DNA of 64,000 nt from an uncultured Gammaproteobacteria bacterium (GTDB lineage Bacteria > Pseudomonadota > Gammaproteobacteria > Arenicellales > CAJQKF01). The first letter of the stretch is position 1. Every line of letters starts with the position of its first letter. Made by a program: the position numbers and the translations under genes. The DNA lies in the NCBI GenBank assembly GCA_905478855.1, contig CAJQKF010000039.1:4934-68933 (forward strand), in the 5' to 3' direction. Under the pieces are notes generated by a model. That model did no database searches. It saw only the letters and a list, made by a program, of their open reading frames with translations, and was not told the DNA's origin. This document shows, piece by piece, positions 56,456 to 64,000 of this stretch.

Positions 56456-58846
56456 ATGTCTTTACCTTCACACGCCTCGGTCGTTGTTATCGGTGGTGGT
56501 ATTATGGGTTGCTCTACCCTGTATCACTTGGCAAAAATGGGTGTTAGTGATGCTGTTCTTTTGGAAAGAAATAAACTTACTAGTGGGACTACTTGGCATT
56601 CCGCAGCTCAGGTGCGGGCATTAAGAAGTTCGCGTAATCTGACCAGAATGATCCAGTATTCGGTGGATTTATACTCGAAGCTCGAACGGGAAACAGGGCA
56701 AGCCGTTGGGTGGATTCAAAAAGGTTCATTGTCCATCGCAACCTCCCCAGATCGAATGGATCATATCAAACGGCAAGAGGCGCTCGCTCATGCCTATGGC
56801 GTAGAGGCTCGCTCGATCGCCGCAGGTGAAGCAAAGGAGCGTTGGCCATTAATGAATGCAGACGATGTGATTGGTGCGGTATGGTCTCCAGATGACGGAC
56901 GAGTTAGTCCATCGGACGTGTGCGCGGCATTGATTAAGTCGGCAAAACTGCTGGGTACTCGTATTTTTGAGAATACTGGCGTGACCGGAATTCTAACTGA
57001 CAATGGTCGTGTAAAAGGTGTAGAGACGACCCAAGGTACAGTAATGTGTGATGCAATCGCACTTTGTTCTGGTCTGTGGTCTCGTGAACTGGGTGCGATG
57101 GCCGGAGCTGAGGTTCCGGCACTTGCGTGTGAGCATTTTTATTTATTAACCAAGCCCATAGATGGTATAGCAGGAAATATGCCTACGCTTTCCGATCATG
57201 ATAGTCATCTTTATATACGTGATGACAGTGGCGGCTTACTAGTCGGTTGCTTTGAGCCCCTCGGTAAGCCCATCGCGCCCGGTATTTTGGATGAGAAATT
57301 TGAGTTCAGTTTGCTACCTGAAGATTGGGATCACTTCGAACCGATGATGGTAAATGCGCTTCACCGACTGCCTGCTTTGGAAACGGCCGAAGTAAAAATG
57401 CTATTGAACGGGCCCGAAAGTTTTACCCCTGATGGAACGTTTATGCTGGGAGAAACCGCAGAAACCAAAGGATTGTTTCTTGGTTGTGGAATGAATTCGG
57501 TAGGTATGGCATCTGGTGGCGGTGCGGGTATGAATCTCGCTCATTGTATTGTTCATGGTCGTACTGCCTACGATTTAAGTGAGGCAGATGCTAAACGGTT
57601 TGCTCCGGTATACAACAATCTGGATCATCTAATGGCACGTGCTCCGGAAATTCTTGGAACACATTACGAAATTTCTTACCCTGGGCGACAATTAAATACG
57701 GCGCGTGGTTTAAGGACTTTGCCGTTACACGCTGAGTATTGTGAAGCGGGCGCTCATTTTGGGCAATTTTACGGATGGGAGCGACCGCTGTATTTCAATA
57801 AACAGTTGGAGCCGGCTTTATCGTTCGGTAAGCTAGATTGGTTTGAGAATGTAAAACAAGAAGTAATGGCTGCTCAACAAAAGGCGGCTATTTTTGATGC
57901 ATCGTCATTCGGTAAAATTGAAGTAGAAGGTCCACAGGCCGAGTCGTTTATGCAGCATGTCTGTGCGGCAAATATGGCACGCCTACCAAATACCGCAATT
58001 TACACGGCTGTGCTTAATGAAAGAGGAACCTATGAGAGCGATGTAACTGCCCATCGTATATCGGAGTGTCATTATCGGGTTTTTACCGGAACTAATGCCA
58101 TTAAACGAGATCTCGCATGGTTTCATCTTCATGCAGAGGGTTTTGATGTCACATTGCGTGATAGTACTGAGGAATACTCGGTGCTGGGTTTGATGGGGCC
58201 TGAAGCCTCTAGAATTATTTCGGCGGTTGGTGCATCTGAACTAAACGAAGTAGGTTACTTTAAGATTGGCGAAGCTCGTATTGTTGGTAAGCATGTACGT
58301 GCTGTACGTATGTCTTATGTGGGTGAGGCGGGTTGGGAAATTACAGTGAACGCTACAGATGTTATATCCGTATATAAGGCTCTTGTTGCAGAGGGTGCTG
58401 TTCCTGCTGGTTTATATGCACAAACGTCGATGCGTATTGAAAAAGGTTTCGCCGCAATGGGGCACGAACTTGATAGCGATATTACTCCTGTTGAGTGTGG
58501 CCTTGATGGTATGGTTTCAAAACAAAAGGAATTTATCGGATCGGCGGCGCTCCACGATCGGAGAGATAGTTCAAAGCGCTCTTTAGTGACTGTGATTATT
58601 GATGATGAAAATGCCGTTCCGCTTGGTCATGAACCCATTTATTACGATGGAAACATTGTCGGACAGACTACCTCAGCGTCTTTTGGTTATCGTGTTGGCC
58701 GACCTATCGCTCTGGCTCATGTGCACATTGATAAGCCAGATGAATTGAGATGCGAAATAGATATAACCGGTAGGCGCTTTAAGGCGTTTATGCAGTTTGC
58801 ACCCATATTTGATCCTCTAGGGTTGAGAATGAGGAAAATATTTTGA
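56456..58846 (+). CDS. FAD-dependent oxidoreductase fused to a GcvT-like folate-binding domain (dimethylglycine/sarcosine dehydrogenase family)
   Basis: 796 aa. The N-terminal VVVIGGGIMGCSTLYHL...SGTTWHSAAQV is DAO-type. The C-terminal half is aminomethyltransferase-like. Confidence 0.85.
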   Translation: MSLPSHASVVVIGGGIMGCSTLYHLAKMGVSDAVLLERNKLTSGTTWHSAAQVRALRSSRNLTRMIQYSVDLYSKLERETGQAVGWIQKGSLSIATSPDRMDHIKRQEALAHAYGVEARSIAAGEAKERWPLMNADDVIGAVWSPDDGRVSPSDVCAALIKSAKLLGTRIFENTGVTGILTDNGRVKGVETTQGTVMCDAIALCSGLWSRELGAMAGAEVPALACEHFYLLTKPIDGIAGNMPTLSDHDSHLYIRDDSGGLLVGCFEPLGKPIAPGILDEKFEFSLLPEDWDHFEPMMVNALHRLPALETAEVKMLLNGPESFTPDGTFMLGETAETKGLFLGCGMNSVGMASGGGAGMNLAHCIVHGRTAYDLSEADAKRFAPVYNNLDHLMARAPEILGTHYEISYPGRQLNTARGLRTLPLHAEYCEAGAHFGQFYGWERPLYFNKQLEPALSFGKLDWFENVKQEVMAAQQKAAIFDASSFGKIEVEGPQAESFMQHVCAANMARLPNTAIYTAVLNERGTYESDVTAHRISECHYRVFTGTNAIKRDLAWFHLHAEGFDVTLRDSTEEYSVLGLMGPEASRIISAVGASELNEVGYFKIGEARIVGKHVRAVRMSYVGEAGWEITVNATDVISVYKALVAEGAVPAGLYAQTSMRIEKGFAAMGHELDSDITPVECGLDGMVSKQKEFIGSAALHDRRDSSKRSLVTVIIDDENAVPLGHEPIYYDGNIVGQTTSASFGYRVGRPIALAHVHIDKPDELRCEIDITGRRFKAFMQFAPIFDPLGLRMRKIF

Positions 58847-59369
58847 GGGATTGAAGCGAAACGACCGCTTTCACTCTGTGCATCACCGCAACATCACTAT
58901 CGATCCCTAGCCCAGCTTTTCAATGCATACTGTTGAACACTCGATGTGTTTAATCTTACTGTTTGTAATGTTGATGGTGCGTTCATATCCCATGCATATG
59001 TTGTTCCTGACTTATTGGGTGATCCTAGCAGTCGTTACTTCGCACGCCGGGTACTAGGAACTGACTACGGGTCATCGTCGAACGACGATTTCGAGTTTTT
59101 TCCATCAGTTGCATCATCGCTATTACAAATGCAATTACGGTAATGCTGATATGCCACCGAATCGATGGCTTGGATCGTTCAATGATGGAACATCAGTTGA
59201 GACGAAGCGATTACTCAGGCGAGTTAGATAGCAAAATTCTGGTCCTGTCCTGTATGCCGGTGTGGTTCATTCTAACGAATGATAGAATGGGGTCCGTTCA
59301 CGATATTTATTGACATCCTAACCTAAAAAATTAGGTTCCAAATCTTCTTATGTACAAAACACAACGACC

Positions 59370-60329
59370 ATGAGCATCCCTAAATCCCGTCGCCTCGATT
59401 TCACTGAAATCCCCGTCATCGACTTGGCATCCCTGGTGGCCGGGGAAGAGGACCCAGCCACTGTGGCGGCCATCGGCCAGGCATGTCGCGACGTCGGTTT
59501 CATCTACATTAAAAATCATGGTATCCCACTATCATTGATCGAAGATATTCTCGCAGCAGCCCGGGAGTTTTTTACTCGCTCGATGGAGGAAAAGAAACAA
59601 ATAATTTTGAGTGATCGCATACGCGGTTACCTGCCATTGCGGTATAGCTCGTATAAAGGTGAAGCTATCGAAGCCGTTAGTAACCAGGAAGGCTTCTGGA
59701 TTGGTGAAGATCGCCCGATCGACCCGAACAATAGACTCGATGGCCCAAATCTTTGGCCTGAAAACGGCGAAGCCCTGAAACAGGCCATGGAATCCTATTA
59801 CACTGCCACCACCGATTTGTCACTGGTGTTGCAACGTGCCTTTGCCCTTGCTCTCCGTCAACCGGCCGAGTTCTTTCAAGATCTTTTTCAACGCCAGTCT
59901 TCGCTGTTAAAGATCAACCACTACCCGCCGCAGGATAATCCACAAACGGTCAGTAATATTGGTGTCGTACCGCACAGCGATGAAATTGGTTTCACGATAC
60001 TCTGGCAGGACGACAACGGTGGCCTCGAAATAGAAAGTAAGAGTGGCGAATGGGTAGAAGCGCCGCCCATACCCGGAACATTTGTTATTAATCTTGGCGA
60101 TCTAATGCAAATATGGTCCGATGGTGAGTTCTCATCGACTCCCCATCGGGTCATAAACCGATCCGGCGTCGATCGCTATTCCATTCCTTTTTTTGCTAAT
60201 CCACGCTGGGATGTACCGGTTAAACCTTTAATTGGTGATTCAGATTCAGAAGGAAATGGAGAGAGCTATGAGCAATACCAGGTCAGGAACTGGCGTCGAA
60301 TTTTCCCGATTGCTGGCGTTTCGGAGTAA
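59370..60329 (+). CDS. 2-oxoglutarate/Fe(II)-dependent oxygenase (isopenicillin N synthase family)
   Basis: 319 aa with the family N-terminus IPVIDLASL and a facial triad context (VVPHSDEIGFTILWQD...STPHRV). Confidence 0.85.
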   Translation: MSIPKSRRLDFTEIPVIDLASLVAGEEDPATVAAIGQACRDVGFIYIKNHGIPLSLIEDILAAAREFFTRSMEEKKQIILSDRIRGYLPLRYSSYKGEAIEAVSNQEGFWIGEDRPIDPNNRLDGPNLWPENGEALKQAMESYYTATTDLSLVLQRAFALALRQPAEFFQDLFQRQSSLLKINHYPPQDNPQTVSNIGVVPHSDEIGFTILWQDDNGGLEIESKSGEWVEAPPIPGTFVINLGDLMQIWSDGEFSSTPHRVINRSGVDRYSIPFFANPRWDVPVKPLIGDSDSEGNGESYEQYQVRNWRRIFPIAGVSE

Positions 60330-60387
60330 TCCGAAAAGGTATCGAAGCTGCCGTTAACCACGCCTTACAGGTCGATCATCGAATTGA

Positions 60388-62760
60388 CTACTGTTTCGTT
60401 TTGGCAGACGCAAAGGCCATTGCAAACGCATTATTAACTGCAGGCTCCTGTTTTTTATTCGAGTGTGCGGATTTGTTATCTTTAGTAGGTTTAGATTGCT
60501 TATTAAAATTCTTATTAGGACTTTGTCTATCCGATCGGGGTTTTTGTTTTTCTTCCGCACTTGGGGTTGACGCTGAATCATCAAGTCGCATGCTTAATGC
60601 AATACGCTTTCGTTTGACGTCGACCTCCATCACCTTAACTTTCACAATATCCCCTGTTTTAACGACTTCTCGGGGGTCTTTTACGAATTTATTTGCCAAT
60701 GCGGAAATATGTACTAAACCGTCTTGATGCACACCGATATCGATAAAAGCACCAAAGTTGGTTACATTGGTAACATTTCCTTCGAGGATCATATCAGGGG
60801 ATAGATCCGACATTTTTTCGATTCCATCTTTGAACACTACGGCCTTAAACTCTGGCCGAGGATCACGTCCCGGTTTGTCTAATTCGGCGATAATATCTTG
60901 AACGGTTGGTAGACCGAATTCGCCACTTACGAATTCATTGGCATCTACGCAGCAAAGTAGTTCTGTATTGCCAACCAGGTTTACAATGTCACACTTATTC
61001 GTCGATGCAATTTTTTCGACAAGTGAATACGATTCAGGATGAACAGCTGATGCATCCAGTGCAACATCGCCATTCTGAATTCGAAGGAAGCCGGCAGCTT
61101 GCTCAAATGCCTTTGCGCCTAAACGAGGGACTTTTTTAAGCTGCTCACGATTGGTGATGCGGCCATTAGCATTGCGCCATTCAACAATATTGGTAGCTTG
61201 AGTTTCGTTTAATCCAGATACTCTGTTAAGTAGGGCAATAGATGCGGTGTTCACTTCGACGCCAACTGCATTTACACAATCTTCAACAACAGCATCAAGG
61301 GATTTTGAAAGTTTAAATTGGCTCACGTCGTGTTGGTACTGACCGACACCAATCGATTGTGGGTCTATTTTTACAAGCTCGGCTAACGGGTCCTGTAAGC
61401 GTCGTGCTATAGAAATTGCACCACGCACCGTTACATCCAACTCTGGAAACTCTGCTGAAGCGAACTCAGATGCGGAATAAATAGACGCCCCTGCCTCATT
61501 AACTACAACTTTTGTGATTTTTAATTCAGGGTGTTTCTTAATCAGTTCAGCGGCGAGTTTCTCGGTTTCTCTCGATGCGGTACCGTTACCGATTGCGATT
61601 AGTTCGGCATTATATTTTTTGGCAAGGCGTGCCACAATCGCAATGGATTCGTCCCACTTTTTCTGCGGTGCATGTGGGTAAATCGCTGTGTTATCAACGT
61701 ACTGTCCGGTGTTATCGATTACTGCAACTTTTACGCCGGTTCTGTATCCTGGGTCTAACCCGATGGTTGCGCGTTGTCCAGCAGGTGATGCCAACAGCAC
61801 ATCTTTGAGATTATCTGCAAATACTTTGATTGCCTCTGCTTCTGCAGTCTCCCGCAGGTTGCCGAGTAGGTCGGTTTCTATTTGTAGTAAAAGTTTTATT
61901 CGCCATGTCCAACGAACAACTTCCGTGAGCCATTTAGCGGCCGCAGGTTTAGCGGAGAAATCACTACCGGGGTAGTAAGGTGTATTAAAAGTTCTCGCAA
62001 TCTCCACTTCACAGGGATGGGAGTCGGTTGTTTGTAAATCTGGTATATCCAGCTTAAGCATTAGCACACCTTCTTTTCGACCGCGAAATAGTGCTAATGC
62101 GCGATGTGGCGGTACCTTGGTAATGGGTTCGCGATAATCGAAATAATCCCGAAATTTTTCCCCTGATTCTTCCTTATCCTTTCCAACCGTACTGATTACC
62201 ATGCCTTTTTCAGAAATAATTAAGCGTAATCGAGCCAGTAAATCGGCGTGCTCGGCGAATCGCTCCATAAGAATAAATTTGGCACCTTCCAGAGCAGACT
62301 TGCTATCGGATATTTTATGATCCTCATTGATATATTGTGTTGCCAGGGAATCGGGATCGACAGTTATATCACTTAAAATCGCATCTGCCAGAGGTTGGAG
62401 ACCGGCTTCTATAGCAATCTGTCCTTTAGTTCGACGTTTTTTCTTATAGGGTAGATACAGATCTTCAAGCCGAGTCTTTGTATCAGCCTGCTCAATTGAT
62501 TTTCGAAGATTGGGGTTTAGTTTCCCTTGTTCTTCAATACTGGCTAAAACGGTTTGCTTTCGGTCACCCAGATCACGTAGATAGCTCAACCTATCGCTTA
62601 GTTGTCTTAATTGAATATCGTCCAACCCACCTGTTGCTTCCTTTCGATACCGGGAAATAAATGGAACTGTGGAACCTTCGTCGAGCATTTGTATCGAAGC
62701 ATCTACTTGGGCAGGGTTAACATTAAGTTCATTTGCGATGGTTTGGGAAATTGGTAGCAT
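60388..62760 (-). CDS. tex: Tex-like transcription accessory protein (YqgF/HhH/S1 domains)
   Basis: 790 aa. It has [15 protein letters not shown] at the N-terminus and an S1 domain ([26 protein letters not shown]) near the C-terminus, followed by a Lys/Ser/Asn-rich basic tail. Confidence 0.95.
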   Translation of the reverse strand: MLPISQTIANELNVNPAQVDASIQMLDEGSTVPFISRYRKEATGGLDDIQLRQLSDRLSYLRDLGDRKQTVLASIEEQGKLNPNLRKSIEQADTKTRLEDLYLPYKKKRRTKGQIAIEAGLQPLADAILSDITVDPDSLATQYINEDHKISDSKSALEGAKFILMERFAEHADLLARLRLIISEKGMVISTVGKDKEESGEKFRDYFDYREPITKVPPHRALALFRGRKEGVLMLKLDIPDLQTTDSHPCEVEIARTFNTPYYPGSDFSAKPAAAKWLTEVVRWTWRIKLLLQIETDLLGNLRETAEAEAIKVFADNLKDVLLASPAGQRATIGLDPGYRTGVKVAVIDNTGQYVDNTAIYPHAPQKKWDESIAIVARLAKKYNAELIAIGNGTASRETEKLAAELIKKHPELKITKVVVNEAGASIYSASEFASAEFPELDVTVRGAISIARRLQDPLAELVKIDPQSIGVGQYQHDVSQFKLSKSLDAVVEDCVNAVGVEVNTASIALLNRVSGLNETQATNIVEWRNANGRITNREQLKKVPRLGAKAFEQAAGFLRIQNGDVALDASAVHPESYSLVEKIASTNKCDIVNLVGNTELLCCVDANEFVSGEFGLPTVQDIIAELDKPGRDPRPEFKAVVFKDGIEKMSDLSPDMILEGNVTNVTNFGAFIDIGVHQDGLVHISALANKFVKDPREVVKTGDIVKVKVMEVDVKRKRIALSMRLDDSASTPSAEEKQKPRSDRQSPNKNFNKQSKPTKDNKSAHSNKKQEPAVNNAFAMAFASAKTKQ

Positions 62761-63119
62761 AGGGCGTTTTTGGTGACTGATATGAAATTGTCTGAATCGT
62801 TGAGCGTGCTCGGACGATAAGAACGAAACTGAGATGGCGGTGTTTGTTACTGTCTTAACTTTCGGATTATAACTGCTCTAAACTCGCGGGATATGTCCTT
62901 TTTTAACAATACTTGGAATTATCTTGTTGAATTAGTATCTTTCCTTGATAGTGATATTATTCAACTTTTAGTGAAATTTTGACCGAGTTTGAATGACTTA
63001 CGGGCTTTCTCAACCAGGCGGATATTGCTCGATAACTGTGATGTCGAATTTTTACTGATATAATTGACCGACTTTAAAAAACAGTCCTTTCTCTCAGTCT
63101 AACTTCTGAAAAATATTAA

Positions 63120-63800
63120 ATGACCTGTGTTGCATTAATACCTGCTCGTGGAAATTCCAAAGGGATTCCGAAGAAAAATATCAAGGAAATTGCAGATAAG
63201 CCTTTGATCGCTTGGAGTATTGAACAGGCTTTGTCGGCAAGCGAAGTCGATGGTGTTTATGTTTCAACTGACTCCCAAGAAATTGCCGAAATAGCAATAA
63301 AATATGGTGCGCAAGTGCCTTTCATCAGACCCGATGAAATTTCAGATGATTTTGCTAGTACAGAGTCTGTAATGCTTCATTTTGTTGAATGGCTGGAAGA
63401 TCAGGGTAAGGAATTTACAATATTGGCTCTGTTGCAGGCAACGTCTCCAGTTAGACTTCCGACGTCACTTGATAATGCTATTGAATATTTCAAATCGACT
63501 GAATCAGATAGTATGGTAACGACTGTGCCAAATCATCGGTTCTTTTGGAAATGCCAGCCTATCGTAGAAGCAACCTATGATTTTCGTAACAGACCGCGTC
63601 GCCAAGATATTAAAGAGTCGGATCGATTGTTTATGGAGACTGGGTCTTTCTACTTAACGAAAATTGAGAAACTAAAGGAATCGCGAAACAGGCTGTGTGG
63701 AAAGATATGTTCTTTTGAGCTAGATGAAATTGAATCGTATGAAATTGATTCATTAGCAGATTTTACGATCTGTGAAGCGTTGTTAAGGAAGTATTTATAG
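63120..63800 (+). CDS. Acylneuraminate (nonulosonate) cytidylyltransferase family protein
   Basis: The start ALIPARGNSKGIPKKNIKEIADKPLIAWSIEQAL is the CMP-NeuAc-synthetase-family N-terminus. Confidence 0.85.
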   Translation: MTCVALIPARGNSKGIPKKNIKEIADKPLIAWSIEQALSASEVDGVYVSTDSQEIAEIAIKYGAQVPFIRPDEISDDFASTESVMLHFVEWLEDQGKEFTILALLQATSPVRLPTSLDNAIEYFKSTESDSMVTTVPNHRFFWKCQPIVEATYDFRNRPRRQDIKESDRLFMETGSFYLTKIEKLKESRNRLCGKICSFELDEIESYEIDSLADFTICEALLRKYL

Positions 63801-63802
63801 AA

Positions 63803-64000
63803 ATGTATATAACGAACTGTATAAAACCTTTTATCGTTTTTATTGAAGATAGTATTTCAACAGCGCTTGGGAAAATTGAAGATAACAAAGAACGGGTAGT
63901 TTTCGTTGTTTCAGAGCATGGAAAACTTGCCGGAACATTGTCTGATGGGGATATTCGGCGTTGGTTAACTCGGAATCAATCTATTGATCTGGATTCTGAA
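63803..64000 (+). CDS. 3'-partial CDS, probably a CBS-domain protein of a nonulosonic acid/glycan locus
   Basis: An ATG at 63803 opens a frame that runs to the window end (66 codons). ...VVFVVSEHGKLAGTLSDGDIRRWL is a typical CBS-pair segment. It is absent from the ORF track because it has no stop. Confidence 0.5.
   Translation, partial: MYITNCIKPFIVFIEDSISTALGKIEDNKERVVFVVSEHGKLAGTLSDGDIRRWLTRNQSIDLDSE

Noticed and set aside
58946-59143. 65-aa ORF in the spacer after the DMGDH-family gene.
   Set aside because: It has no ribosome-binding site and no recognisable motif. The region is reported only as a structured non-coding or decayed spacer.
1-64000. CRISPR arrays, long tandem repeats and intact insertion sequences.
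   Set aside because: I saw no regularly spaced direct repeats of 24-40 bp and no complete transposase. The only repeats are short hairpins, the (TAAC)5 microsatellite and homopolymer runs.

Overview
This is a 64-kb bacterial chromosomal segment. It is moderately AT-rich by eye, with gene content typical of a marine Gammaproteobacterium; the taxon is inference only. I found no rRNA, tRNA or CRISPR array. The window is densely coding and I support about 55 CDS. In order, they are:
(1) A small module of a BKACE/DUF849 enzyme, a CMD-family protein, a hotdog thioesterase and a formamidase-like hydrolase (1-2.8 kb).
(2) An AT-rich glycan locus with a Wzx flippase and two GT4 genes, carrying an IS3-family transposase remnant (3.6-8.4 kb).
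(3) A ugpBAEC operon with a glycerophosphodiesterase, followed by a secreted histidine phosphatase (9.2-15.8 kb).
(4) A tightly packed island for N-heteroaromatic catabolism. It encodes XdhC, MocA, TetR, a NicX-like 2,5-dihydroxypyridine dioxygenase, a three-subunit xanthine-dehydrogenase-family Mo hydroxylase whose FAD subunit is fused to a CoxG/SRPBCC domain, and a formamidase-like hydrolase. A Liv-type ABC importer and an RND pump lacking an outer-membrane factor follow directly (16-33.5 kb).
(5) A second AT-rich glycan locus: an RfbF-like cytidylyltransferase, an SDR, two tandem zinc-ribbon C-methyltransferase paralogs and a GT2 (35.2-40.3 kb).
(6) An orphan AceK homolog.
(7) A pair made of a formyl-THF-type formyltransferase and a TPP enzyme.
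(8) A GST, a DMT transporter and glpK, with several gene remnants among them.
(9) A TagD-like and NeuD-like pair next to a MATE pump.
(10) A polar amino acid ABC transporter, a DMGDH-family oxidoreductase and a 2OG oxygenase.
(11) Tex.
(12) The start of a nonulosonic-acid-type locus: a NeuA-like gene and a partial CBS-domain gene.
The best candidates for new biology are the incomplete NicX/Mo-hydroxylase island and the double C-methyltransferase CDP-sugar locus. All functional calls come from motif and family recognition by eye. No database search was run.
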